Part shown: one piece after another, positions 8,317 through 17,263 of the stretch
Position numbering within the stretch: the stretch's first letter is position 1
Layout: the number at the start of each line of letters is the position of its first letter
IMG/VR virus record: IMGVR_UViG_3300045988_043987
Reading direction: 5' to 3' (one strand)
Length of the DNA: 44,072 nt
Source of the DNA: a virus
Taxonomy: Duplodnaviria > Heunggongvirae > Uroviricota > Caudoviricetes
Position numbers and translations under genes: made by a program
The notes under the pieces: generated by a model
Seen by the model: only the letters and a program-made list of their open reading frames with translations
Told to the model about the DNA's origin: nothing
Database searches by the model: none

Positions 8317-8425
8317 CGACGCTGACGAGGATTTGGCTATCGACGTTCAGAACGCCGAATGTGTACGGCAACTGAGACTGAAAGTGTTCATGTTGCAGGA
8401 TTACGTGAGGAATATTCTGGAATAG
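8162..8425 (+). CDS. o-spanin (Rz1-like outer-membrane lipoprotein)
   Basis: signal peptide with lipobox LSAC, proline-rich mature part; GTG start with GAGGTGA; begins inside Rz and extends past its stop. Confidence 0.7.
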   Translation: MKSLSTLKRLAAACALLTLSACSSSPAPSQTQIPSPDMTMMQPPCKLAPPSSDADEDLAIDVQNAECVRQLRLKVFMLQDYVRNILE

Positions 8426-8507
8426 TTGCCTTGCATGTTGGAATAATTTATTCTTGACATGTAAATCCGGGTGGCCCGGGTTCCAACGTCCAGGGGACAT
8501 ACTGACT

Positions 8508-9209
8508 ATGAATCGTTTTTTACGTTATCCGTTCCAGGAAGAAGCTGGGGCAGAAGATAAAGCTGGTGGCGGTGACGCGCCGAAAATGTTCACCGCTGAA
8601 GAAGTTCAGGCGCTGATTGAGAAAGAAGTCGCCGGGCTTAAGGCCAATCAGGAAGCGTTGCTGGCGGAGAAGAAAGAAGCCGCTCGCAAAGCAAAAGAGG
8701 CCGAAGAAGAACGGCAGCGCGCACACCAGGAGGCGTTAAAAGCCGCTGGTAAGATGGACGAGTTCGAAAAAACGATTCGTAGCCAGTATGACCCGGTGCT
8801 AGCCGAGAAAGATGGCCGCATCTCCAGAATGGCAGAGCGCATCCTCGGCAGCGAACGTAAAGCGGTGTTAGGCTCTTTCGCAGGTGACTTCATCACCCCG
8901 GAAGCAGTGGACATCCTTGCACCGTTCGTTAAGACTGAGTTCGAAGGTGATGATGTGGTTACTAAGTTTGTCGGTGCAGATGGCAACGTAATCACGACTG
9001 ACCCGGAACAGTTCCGCAAATATCTGCGCGAACACAAAGCGTTTTCGCATTTGATTAAAGCAAATGCAGCTTCCGGCGGCGGGGCTTCCGGTGGCAAAGG
9101 CGGCGGGGCCGCACCAGCGTTTAAAGACATGAGTGAAGCGGAGCGTTTAGCTCTGTATAAATCGAACCCTGCCGAATTTGAACGGCAACTTAAAGCCCTG
9201 AGGAAATAA
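8508..9209 (+). CDS. scaffolding protein
   Basis: charged alpha-helical/coiled-coil sequence with Gly-rich C-terminal region, immediately upstream of major capsid gene. Confidence 0.6.
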   Translation: MNRFLRYPFQEEAGAEDKAGGGDAPKMFTAEEVQALIEKEVAGLKANQEALLAEKKEAARKAKEAEEERQRAHQEALKAAGKMDEFEKTIRSQYDPVLAEKDGRISRMAERILGSERKAVLGSFAGDFITPEAVDILAPFVKTEFEGDDVVTKFVGADGNVITTDPEQFRKYLREHKAFSHLIKANAASGGGASGGKGGGAAPAFKDMSEAERLALYKSNPAEFERQLKALRK

Positions 9210-9211
9210 TA

Positions 9212-10261
9212 ATGGCAATTACCACTATCGGCGATATCGTAACTAGCAACATCCCGGTCTTGGCGTCTTATATGACCGAGGACCCGGTAGAGAAAACCGC
9301 GTTCTTCCAGTCCGGTATTCTGACCCCGACTCCGTACGCCGCAGAGATTGCTCGTGGCCCTTCCAACGTCGCCAACATTCCTTTCTGGAAAGCGATTGAT
9401 GCCTCTATCGAGCCTAACTATTCGAACGACGTGTATCAGGACATCGCTACCCCGCGTAACGTGCAGACCGGTGAGATGATGGCCCGCGTTGCGTACCTGA
9501 ACGAAGGTTTCGGCCAGGCGGACCTGACTGTCGAACTGACCAGTCAGAATCCGCTGCAATCCGTGGCTTCTCGTCTGGATAACTTCTGGCAGCGCCAGGC
9601 ACAACGCCGTCTGATTGCTACCGCGCTGGGTCTGTACAACGACAACGTAGCCGCTACTGATGCTTACCACGAGAAGGATGACATGGTTATCGACGTGTCC
9701 GCTACTCTGGGCTTCGACGCGGGTGCATTCATCGACGCTACCCAGACTATGGGCGACGCTCTGATGGGCAACGGTGGTGAAGTGCTGGGCGCCATTGCTA
9801 TGCACAGCTTCGTTTATGCGCAGGCGCGTAAGCAGCAGCTTATTGACTTCATCAAAGACGCCGACAACGACACCCTGTTTGCCACCTACCAGGGCTACCG
9901 CGTGATTGTTGACGACAGCATGACCGTGGTCGGCACTGGTCCAAGCCGTAAGTTCATCTCCATCATCTTCGGCAACGGCGCTATCGGTTATGGCGAAGGC
10001 AACCCGTCCAACCCGCTGGAATATGAGCGCGAAGCGTCTCGCGGTAACGGCGGTGGCATTGAAACCCTGTGGACCCGTAAGACCTGGCTGTTGCACCCGC
10101 TGGGTTACAGCTTCACCAGCGCAGTAATCACTGGCAACGGCACCGAGACTACCCCGCGCTCTGCTTCATGGCAGGACCTGGCGAACGCCTCCAACTGGAA
10201 CCGTGTTGTTGACCGTAAGCACGTACCGATTGCCTTCCTGGTAACTGGTGTCGGTGCTTAA
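9212..10261 (+). CDS. major capsid protein
   Basis: 349-aa ORF after scaffold gene, GAGGA ribosome-binding site, followed by attenuating terminator. Confidence 0.7.
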   Translation: MAITTIGDIVTSNIPVLASYMTEDPVEKTAFFQSGILTPTPYAAEIARGPSNVANIPFWKAIDASIEPNYSNDVYQDIATPRNVQTGEMMARVAYLNEGFGQADLTVELTSQNPLQSVASRLDNFWQRQAQRRLIATALGLYNDNVAATDAYHEKDDMVIDVSATLGFDAGAFIDATQTMGDALMGNGGEVLGAIAMHSFVYAQARKQQLIDFIKDADNDTLFATYQGYRVIVDDSMTVVGTGPSRKFISIIFGNGAIGYGEGNPSNPLEYEREASRGNGGGIETLWTRKTWLLHPLGYSFTSAVITGNGTETTPRSASWQDLANASNWNRVVDRKHVPIAFLVTGVGA

Positions 10262-10277
10262 GGTTAAGCTATAATCG

Positions 10278-10304
10278 AGAGGGACTTCGGTCCCTCTTTT
10301 CATT
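10278..10304 (+). terminator. intrinsic terminator with UUCG tetraloop
   Basis: AGAGGGAC-UUCG-GUCCCUCU followed by TTTT. Confidence 0.7.
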
Positions 10305-10320
10305 TACTAAGAGGTAAATT

Positions 10321-10620
10321 ATGGCTAAGACCGGAAAAGGCTTGCCGCGCAGCCTTCAGAATGTTGACTTCGGCGACTTTGATATCCCAGTCACGCCTGC
10401 TACTACCAGCGTAGTTGGTGGCGTTAAAAAGTCAGCTACTGTAGCCGCACCAGCCGCCATTACCGCTGGTGAAGGGGCACAGTCTGCGGATGCCCCGACT
10501 AAGATCGAGTTCGACGCCCTTGTAGCGGAGTACAACAAACTCCGAACTGATGTTACCGCGCTGCGCACTACCGTAGCAAATCTATTGACTGCGCTTAAAA
10601 ACGCAGGAACTGTAAGCTAA
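10321..10620 (+). CDS. hypothetical virion protein (99 aa)
   Basis: ORF with AAGAGG ribosome-binding site within head module. Confidence 0.55.
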   Translation: MAKTGKGLPRSLQNVDFGDFDIPVTPATTSVVGGVKKSATVAAPAAITAGEGAQSADAPTKIEFDALVAEYNKLRTDVTALRTTVANLLTALKNAGTVS

Positions 10621-10632
10621 AGGAGCTTAAAA

Positions 10633-10983
10633 ATGGTTGATGTAATCAAACGTCGTATTACCGGTGTTTCTGATGATTCTCCTGCCGATGGTCAGGTTGA
10701 AATCGATATGGCGAATATCTCGCCAGCGTCTTTTTCTACCGCACTCTCGGCTACTACCGCAGTTACAGCAGGGCAGACAATGACTCTGACCGTAGCGGTA
10801 ACTGGCGGTCTGGAGCCGTATTCCTACCAGTGGTATAAGAACAACAACGCCATCGACGGAGCTACCGCAGCTACCTATGCTAAAGCGTCGACCACTACCG
10901 CCGATTCCGGTACGTATAAAGTGGTTGTTCACGATGTATATGGTAATATTATCTCCGGCAGCACTGTAGCAACTGTGTCTTAA
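10633..10983 (+). CDS. Ig-like domain protein (second putative decoration protein)
   Basis: Ig-like signature TLTVAVTGGLEPYSYQWYKNNNAIDGAT. Confidence 0.6.
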   Translation: MVDVIKRRITGVSDDSPADGQVEIDMANISPASFSTALSATTAVTAGQTMTLTVAVTGGLEPYSYQWYKNNNAIDGATAATYAKASTTTADSGTYKVVVHDVYGNIISGSTVATVS

Positions 10984-11019
10984 TACAACGGCCCTTCGGG
11001 GCCGTAATAAGGAAAGGTC

Positions 11020-11199
11020 ATGGCTGATAATTACGTAATCCGCGAAAAGTATACCCACGTTGATGTTGTTGATGGGCAGGTGATGCCGGTTCGCGGTGTT
11101 GTAGAAGCGGATGAACTGGTTGCAACGCAACCGGACAACGAAGAAGCGCACAACAACGGCGGTGGTACTAAGCGTCGTCGCCGTAAGTCAGAGGAATAA
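11020..11199 (+). CDS. hypothetical small protein (59 aa), basic C-terminus
   Basis: ATG ORF preceded by GGAAAGG; below track cutoff. Confidence 0.35.
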   Translation: MADNYVIREKYTHVDVVDGQVMPVRGVVEADELVATQPDNEEAHNNGGGTKRRRRKSEE

Positions 11200-11202
11200 T
11201 CT

Positions 11203-11715
11203 ATGCCGCTAATCGTGGAAACTGGGGCAATCGTCCCGAATGCCGACAGTTACATTAGTCTGGCTGACGCCCGCGCGTTAGCGGCTAATTATGGCCTGGA
11301 GCTGCCGGAAGACGATACCGCAGCAGAGGTGGCCTTGCGCAACGGTGCTACTTATGTCGGGCTTGCAGAGCCGCAGATGTGTGGTCGTCGGGTGTCAGCG
11401 GAACAGTCTCTGGCGTATCCACGCACCGGCGTTGCGTTAAACGGGTTCCCTGTAGCAAACAATGTTATCCCTAAGCAGGTAATTCTTGCGCAGGTAATCG
11501 CCGCCGTTACATATGGCGCAGGTACTGAGGTACGAGCTAACTCAGATGGGCGCGCGGTACAGACCGAGCGCGTAGAGGGCGCAGTAACCGTGACGTACTT
11601 CAACAACGGCAACAGTGGAGCTACAACCGCTATTACCGCCGCGGACGACGCCTTACGCCCGTTACTGTGTGGTGGTCTTAACAATGGCTTCTCGTTTAAC
11701 GTGTACCGGGGTTAA
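11203..11715 (+). CDS. head-tail connector/neck protein (putative)
   Basis: position between head and tail genes. Confidence 0.45.
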   Translation: MPLIVETGAIVPNADSYISLADARALAANYGLELPEDDTAAEVALRNGATYVGLAEPQMCGRRVSAEQSLAYPRTGVALNGFPVANNVIPKQVILAQVIAAVTYGAGTEVRANSDGRAVQTERVEGAVTVTYFNNGNSGATTAITAADDALRPLLCGGLNNGFSFNVYRG

Positions 11716-11717
11716 AA

Positions 11718-12332
11718 ATGGCGAAGACTAAAACAGAGATGTTTACCCTTATCGGTGCAAATCTTCCCGATAACACTACCGGTCTTATCACCCCAGCCGC
11801 ATTGCGCGAGGTAATGACGCAGATGGCCGACTCGCCTATTTACGCCACTCCTGGGGTGAAAGAGGTCGAAGTTCTCCGTGCCGCGTCGACCGTAACACAA
11901 GCGCCTACCGCGGTAGATACGGCGTTGCAGTTAACTTTTGGTTCCGCTCAGGGTAGCGCATCTGACCCGGTAATGATTAATGCCGCCGGGCTGGTTACAT
12001 TCAACACCGCGGGTAACTACGCCGTTCGCATCAAGTTACAAGCTGGGCGCACTGGGGCAAGCGGCACGTCTATCCTGTTATCGCGTATTCTTCTGAACGG
12101 CGCTCAGTACGGCTCGCCAGCAGCTACTAAACTGGTAAACGCTGATATTACAATCCCGATTGAGTCTCGCGTCGTTATTAACCCGACCGCAGGTCAGACG
12201 TTTGCCGTTCAGATTATGCGGGACAGCGCCGGGAGTGACTTCGGCGGAGTATACCCACAAGCAGCTACTGTAACCTCATGGGGTACTGCGCCATCTGCGC
12301 TACTGGTTATTTCGAGACTGGAGGCCGCCTGA
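11718..12332 (+). CDS. hypothetical structural protein (204 aa)
   Basis: ORF in head-tail joining region. Confidence 0.5.
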   Translation: MAKTKTEMFTLIGANLPDNTTGLITPAALREVMTQMADSPIYATPGVKEVEVLRAASTVTQAPTAVDTALQLTFGSAQGSASDPVMINAAGLVTFNTAGNYAVRIKLQAGRTGASGTSILLSRILLNGAQYGSPAATKLVNADITIPIESRVVINPTAGQTFAVQIMRDSAGSDFGGVYPQAATVTSWGTAPSALLVISRLEAA

Positions 12333-12691
12333 TGAGCACCGCTTTCAGTAAACGTATGCAAGGCGTTGGCACGCGCCTGCTAACTAAATTCGGTAGCACG
12401 GTATCTCTGGTTCGTGCTGGCTCGAAAGTGTGGGATGAAGTTCTCGGTGAATACGTCTGGTCCGCGGATGAAGTGCTGCCGTTAAAGGCCGTTCCGGTTC
12501 CTGTTAACGCGGGGCTGGTAAATGGTACGACGATTCAGGCGGGCGACATGATTGTTAAAGCCGATTGCAGTGTCGTTCCTAAGATGGAGGACAAGGTGCA
12601 ATTCGGTGGCGAGCAATGGTCTGTCGTAGCTATTGAGAAGAAGATGGTTAACGATGATGTCGTGGCATATTTTATTCAGGTGAGAAAATGA
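12332..12691 (+). CDS. head-tail adaptor (putative)
   Basis: ATG at 12332 overlapping upstream stop; in frame with track ORF 12278-12691. Confidence 0.5.
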   Translation: MSTAFSKRMQGVGTRLLTKFGSTVSLVRAGSKVWDEVLGEYVWSADEVLPLKAVPVPVNAGLVNGTTIQAGDMIVKADCSVVPKMEDKVQFGGEQWSVVAIEKKMVNDDVVAYFIQVRK

Positions 12692-13086
12692 GTTTCGCGC
12701 TTGATGTCTCTAAGTTCGTGGAAAAGGCGAAGAAGAACCCAGAGAAGGTGATGCGTCAGGTGTCTATCAAGCTGTTTTCCGCTATTATAAAGGCGAGTCC
12801 GGTAGATACGGGTCGCTTTCGTATGAACTGGATGGCGTCTGGCGGCATTCCTGCTTCGGGGATTACAGATGCTACGGATAAATCAGGAAACATAGCAATC
12901 GGAAACGCTACAGGTTTCGTACTGAAAGCCACAGACTGGCACGAGTTCACGCTGACAAATAACCTACCGTATGCCCAACGGCTGGAGTATGGCCATTGGT
13001 CGAAACAGGCCCCACAAGGCATGGTCAGGATAAATGTGTCCCGCTTCCAGCAACTCATTAACGAAGAAGCCAACAAGGTGAAATGA
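12688..13086 (+). CDS. neck/head-closure protein (putative)
   Basis: translationally coupled ORF in neck gene block. Confidence 0.5.
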   Translation: MSFALDVSKFVEKAKKNPEKVMRQVSIKLFSAIIKASPVDTGRFRMNWMASGGIPASGITDATDKSGNIAIGNATGFVLKATDWHEFTLTNNLPYAQRLEYGHWSKQAPQGMVRINVSRFQQLINEEANKVK

Positions 13087-13499
13087 TGGGCTACTTTGAG
13101 GACTTAACCAAAGCGTTCGATGTGCCACTGGTAGCCTTCGGAACCACCAACGGCATCAAGGTCGCGCTTGAAAATATCGACGCGCCAACGTCAACCAATA
13201 CCCCGTATCTGGCAAGTTACATGTTGCTGGCGGATACGGAACAGGCGGATTTGTTCTTCACGGAACAACGCGCCGGTGTTTATCAGGTAGACATTAACTA
13301 CGCATCGGTGAAAGGTAGCGCGCCAATCAATAAAATGGCAGACTTACTTAACACGGCGTTTAAAGCAGGTAAGTCATTTTCGCGTAACGACATCTGCGCC
13401 GAGGTTCAATCGGTTAGCCTGGGGCCGCTAATTGTAGAAAACGGATGGGCCAAACGACCATTGTCAATTAACTTTATTGCATTCACCAAGAGGCTGTGA
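13083..13499 (+). CDS. tail completion/terminator protein (putative)
   Basis: ORF immediately upstream of tail tube gene. Confidence 0.5.
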   Translation: MMGYFEDLTKAFDVPLVAFGTTNGIKVALENIDAPTSTNTPYLASYMLLADTEQADLFFTEQRAGVYQVDINYASVKGSAPINKMADLLNTAFKAGKSFSRNDICAEVQSVSLGPLIVENGWAKRPLSINFIAFTKRL

Positions 13500-13501
13500 A
13501 T

Positions 13502-14668
13502 ATGGCTACAACTCCTTTTAAGGGCGCGACTACCGCGCAATTCTATGTGGCAGAAGTCACCCCGGGCGTAACACCGACTAACCCGGTATGGTCGCCGTTG
13601 CGTAACACAGGTGGCGTCCCCGCTATTACCCGCGACACGCTGACCTCCAACGAGCTGGACGGCAGCCGTGAAACTACGTCCATCCGCACCGGTAACAAGC
13701 AGATTAGCGGGGAATACGCTATTGAGCTTAGCTCGAAAAGCCAGGACGACTGGCTGGCGGGGGCTTTAGGCTCTACGTGGCAATCCGGTAGATCTCTGAC
13801 AGGGCTATCAATTACCGTCGCACCGGCGGGCAAGACGTTCACACGCGCCACTGGCAGCTTCATCACTGACGGCGTTGAAGTTGGCGACCTGATCGCGTTT
13901 ACCGACTTAACAGGCGATAACGCAAAACCATTTATTGTTACTGCAGTAACGGCTACGGTTGTTACTGGTGCAGGTATCCAACACACCCTGACCACCGAGA
14001 CAAAAACCAGTAAGGCTAAAACTGGCGACACGCTGGAAACCGGCAACACGTGTAAGACGTTCTCTATCCTCACCTGGTACAAAGGCCAGTGCGGCGGTAC
14101 TGACGCGTACACGTTAACCAAAGGCGTGGAAGTTTCTGGTTTTACCATCGAACAGGCTGTTAACGCAATGGTAACGGGCAGCTTCCCGTTCATCGGGCGC
14201 AGCCAGGAGATTCTCGCGACGCCGCCGTCTGGTTCCGACTTCTCTTCCGTTACGTTTGGTGACGAGCCGTTCTCTTCGGTTGACGTTTCTGTGTTCGATG
14301 GGTCTACGCCGTTGCGTTGCGACAGCCTGACCATCACCAACGATAACAGCGCGTCTGCGCAGTTCGAACTCGGCAACACTAACGTAGCGTTTGTGGAACG
14401 TAGCCGCGCGGCTAACACCTTCTCCATCTCCGGTAAGCTGTACGACATGGCGATGATTCAGAAGTTTATCAACGAACAGCAGGTAGAGATTAACTCTATT
14501 CTGGCTGGGGTAAACGGGGCTATGTCCTTTAGTCTGAAACGTGCAGAACTTACAGCGGTTACACCAGAGATTGGCGGGCCTGAGTCAATCACTCAGTCTA
14601 TTGAAGGCCAGGCTACGGGCAACCAGTACCAGTCGTCTATTGTTATCCAGCGTATCACCTACGCATAA
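13502..14668 (+). CDS. major tail (tube) protein (putative)
   Basis: large ORF upstream of chaperone/tape-measure genes; AAGAGG ribosome-binding site; followed by strong terminator. Confidence 0.6.
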   Translation: MATTPFKGATTAQFYVAEVTPGVTPTNPVWSPLRNTGGVPAITRDTLTSNELDGSRETTSIRTGNKQISGEYAIELSSKSQDDWLAGALGSTWQSGRSLTGLSITVAPAGKTFTRATGSFITDGVEVGDLIAFTDLTGDNAKPFIVTAVTATVVTGAGIQHTLTTETKTSKAKTGDTLETGNTCKTFSILTWYKGQCGGTDAYTLTKGVEVSGFTIEQAVNAMVTGSFPFIGRSQEILATPPSGSDFSSVTFGDEPFSSVDVSVFDGSTPLRCDSLTITNDNSASAQFELGNTNVAFVERSRAANTFSISGKLYDMAMIQKFINEQQVEINSILAGVNGAMSFSLKRAELTAVTPEIGGPESITQSIEGQATGNQYQSSIVIQRITYA

Positions 14669-14672
14669 AACT

Positions 14673-14697
14673 AAGGCCCCTTTCGGGGCCTTTTTCT
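14673..14697. terminator. bidirectional intrinsic terminator
   Basis: AAGGCCCC-TTTC-GGGGCCTT plus TTTTT. Confidence 0.7.
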
Positions 14698-15251
14698 TAC
14701 AAACCTAATTTTAAAGCAATGTCTATAACGTTCGATTTAACGTCACCTGGTATGATGTAGGTGTCGTAATCTTTTACACCGCTAACATCATACAGATAAC
14801 CACGGCTGTCCCCCTCAAACGTATAGCCGTCGCGATGGAGGCGAACGATTCGCACGTCATGACCCGCGGCGACGATAGGGGCTACTTCGCTGGCGAACCC
14901 GCCGTCGGACACTACAAAAACTTCGTCGCCGTCTGGCAAGTTTTCAGCAAGATACTTACCGAAATAATCACTACCAAGTACCGGTTTAATGAATTGCTCA
15001 GATATAGCAATCATGAACTGACGCCGCGACAAGCCATTAAGGAAGCCTTCTGACTTTTCTTTCCGTGCCCGGTCGTCGTAGCCGTCGATAAACTCGTGGT
15101 AAGCATCCGGGCCTAATGCCGCCAGAGCGATATTGAACATTGGATTCTTGAAACTGGTGATTCCCTTCGCAAAGCCCATTTCTACCAGCGCCATAGCAAG
15201 TGTGTCTTTCCCGCAACCCGCCGGGCCATTAAGAATAATTACCTTAGCCAT
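14697..15251 (-). CDS. deoxynucleoside monophosphate kinase (T4 gp1-like)
   Basis: P-loop NGPAGCGKDT near N-terminus. Confidence 0.7.
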   Translation of the reverse strand: MAKVIILNGPAGCGKDTLAMALVEMGFAKGITSFKNPMFNIALAALGPDAYHEFIDGYDDRARKEKSEGFLNGLSRRQFMIAISEQFIKPVLGSDYFGKYLAENLPDGDEVFVVSDGGFASEVAPIVAAGHDVRIVRLHRDGYTFEGDSRGYLYDVSGVKDYDTYIIPGDVKSNVIDIALKLGL

Positions 15252-15739
15252 TATTTATCGCTCCCGTGTGGTTTTAAGTGTGTAGAGTTCCCGTTACAGT
15301 CGTATTCAGTAACCGCGTGAGTGGTTATACCGAGTCCGCGGAAATGCTTTATTACCGCGGGAGAGTCGTCGAATGCGCACAAGATTCTTTCCAGCCCGAT
15401 AGCACGTAACACCTCTTCTTTAATTACGATGTCTTTTCTGTTGTCGTGTTTGCTGCGCATTATCAGCGTGTCAAACTTAACGTTATTTTCTCGCAACCAT
15501 TTACGAGTCCCATCCTCAGCGTCGTCGCTTCGACCGGTAAGGATGATTACGGTCATCCCGGTATGCCACAGCGTGTTGCACAAGTGAATGTTGTCATATA
15601 TCGGCGCATCATCTTTGCACGCCATGTTAAATGGCCTCCAAGCCCATGTTTCGCCGTAGTTATCTTTCGGCAGCAGGTGCAAACGATGTGTACCATCTGC
15701 TAATGTCCCGTCTAAATCGAAAATTACAATATCTTTCAT
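15251..15739 (-). CDS. HAD-superfamily phosphatase/nucleotidase
   Basis: HAD motif I FDLDGTL at N-terminus. Confidence 0.7.
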   Translation of the reverse strand: MKDIVIFDLDGTLADGTHRLHLLPKDNYGETWAWRPFNMACKDDAPIYDNIHLCNTLWHTGMTVIILTGRSDDAEDGTRKWLRENNVKFDTLIMRSKHDNRKDIVIKEEVLRAIGLERILCAFDDSPAVIKHFRGLGITTHAVTEYDCNGNSTHLKPHGSDK

Positions 15740-16866
15740 CCCAGCATCTCCGGTGAAATAGTTAAACGCGCAACCTCGCCATATTCGGCGCTATATGTAA
15801 TTACGTTTGCACTGCGGCCTGACATCCATCCGCCGCGAGAGGCGTAGGCGTCTTTAGCCGCCAGGGTGCGGTGTTGCTCGACAATCATGTTACGACTTTC
15901 TACAATCTTCTGGTGGTGCAGGTGGCCCACGTGAGCGTAGCTGTAAACACTCTCGCCGAACGCTTTACGGAACTTGGCAATCATAACAGGTTCGATAGCG
16001 TCGAATCGCGCCTTATGGCCGTGATGAAAGAACAGAGTCGTTTTGCCGTGTCGCACCATCTTGTAAACATCCGGCGACGTATCGACGAACACACGCGGCT
16101 CGTTGTCGTACAGCGTGCTAAACATCTCAGCCAACCAAATCATTCCGCTTTCGTCGTGGTTCCCTTGCACGATAAGCAAGCGAACATTTTTATGCTTAAC
16201 AAGGGCCATATCAACAACACGGCGGACCATACGAATCATGTAGCGGACAAGTTTCTGATAACGGGTGTCAGCATCAAGAACATTACCACTCGCCGGTGTA
16301 ACGGCAACCAGACTATCGAAGTGCGCAAGGTCCCCAAGCAGGTTAATAACCCCTGTTCCCGCATCCGGTGCTTTCTGAAACGCGGCATCGAACCAGCGGG
16401 AGAACAGGTCTTCTGCAATCTTCATATCCCAGTCGTCGCCGCTTTCATCGGCCCAGGCCAGCATACCGAGATGGAAATCAGATACCGTGTAAAGATTGAG
16501 TAGTTTATCGTCGCGTTTAGCCCGAACGGCTTTAACAGGAGCAACGGGGGTAATCTCCGACTTCATCCCTTCGATTACGGCTTTCATCAACTCTACCTGA
16601 CGTTCGGCATCGGTGTCGGTCTTAACCCATTGCAGCTTAGTGTTGCCGAACTCGTCCACCAGTGACGACGTGCCTTTAATCTTGTAGCCGTCTGGTACAA
16701 GATGACTGACGTCGCGGCCGTGCCCTACGCCTTTCTTAGCCAGCTTCGCTTTACGGATACGAATAACGCGATCTGAGATGCCATATTTACGGGCTATATC
16801 GATATTCCTCAATCCGGCGTTCAATTCTTCCTGTAACTGTTCGTCGGTTATTTTCTTCCGGGCCAT
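15736..16866 (-). CDS. metallophosphoesterase (SbcD/Mre11-like motifs) with N-terminal helix-turn-helix
   Basis: motifs SDFHLG, GDLAHFD, GNHDE, GHLHH; N-terminal helix-turn-helix ARKYGISDRVIRIRKAKL. Confidence 0.65.
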   Translation of the reverse strand: MARKKITDEQLQEELNAGLRNIDIARKYGISDRVIRIRKAKLAKKGVGHGRDVSHLVPDGYKIKGTSSLVDEFGNTKLQWVKTDTDAERQVELMKAVIEGMKSEITPVAPVKAVRAKRDDKLLNLYTVSDFHLGMLAWADESGDDWDMKIAEDLFSRWFDAAFQKAPDAGTGVINLLGDLAHFDSLVAVTPASGNVLDADTRYQKLVRYMIRMVRRVVDMALVKHKNVRLLIVQGNHDESGMIWLAEMFSTLYDNEPRVFVDTSPDVYKMVRHGKTTLFFHHGHKARFDAIEPVMIAKFRKAFGESVYSYAHVGHLHHQKIVESRNMIVEQHRTLAAKDAYASRGGWMSGRSANVITYSAEYGEVARLTISPEMLG

Positions 16867-16904
16867 GCTTACGTCCTCGTGTTTAGGATTTGTCCTATAC
16901 TAGC

Positions 16905-17096
16905 TCACTTCTCGTTAACATTCGAGTTGCACGCCCAGATTAAAATAAACACCCACGGCAGCAGAACCCATCCGAGAAACAGGTTAGCCATGAATATCGC
17001 TAACTTCGCTTTATGGTTACGGAAGTATGCAACCAGGAAAGGTGCGAAATAGGCGAGCAGTGCAAACAGAATTAAGGAAACTGGTAAACTTGACAT
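16905..17096 (-). CDS. small membrane protein (about 63 aa, 2 TM helices)
   Basis: hydrophobic helices; AAGGGG before ATG at 17096; first gene of antisense operon. Confidence 0.5.
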   Translation of the reverse strand: MSSLPVSLILFALLAYFAPFLVAYFRNHKAKLAIFMANLFLGWVLLPWVFILIWACNSNVNEK

Positions 17097-17122
17097 TTTA
17101 AACCCCTTCATTGTTGGTGTAA

Positions 17123-17156
17123 GTGAATAGTACCCTATTATATTGGGGCGCGCAAG
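17123..17156. promoter_or_regulatory. conserved dyad operator/promoter motif, copy 3
   Basis: GTGAATAGTACCCTATTATATTGGGGCGCGCAAG. Confidence 0.6.
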
Positions 17157-17263
17157 TAGTGTGCTAGAATAAGTTTGCGCCTAGTGTCGCACACGAAAAG
17201 CGGGTGGTTCCCGTCTGGCGCATTTATCGTTAACCTGTAACCTCTTAACCAAAGGATTAAAGA

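Noticed and set aside
8437-8507. TTGACA hexamer with hairpin CCGGGTGGCCCGG between spanin and scaffold genes as a promoter
   Set aside because: No acceptable -10 hexamer at 16-18 bp; the recurring TGTTGGAATAA word (also at 7653) is noted but too weak to call.
8648-10096. 482-aa ORF on the minus strand opposite the scaffold and major capsid genes
   Set aside because: Antisense to well-supported structural genes, no ribosome-binding site, low-complexity Ala/Ser/Arg-rich translation typical of a spurious frame in GC-rich coding DNA.
13543-14448. 301-aa minus-strand ORF inside the tail tube gene
   Set aside because: Fully embedded antisense in a strongly supported gene; no start context; repetitive Ser/Thr/Val-rich translation.
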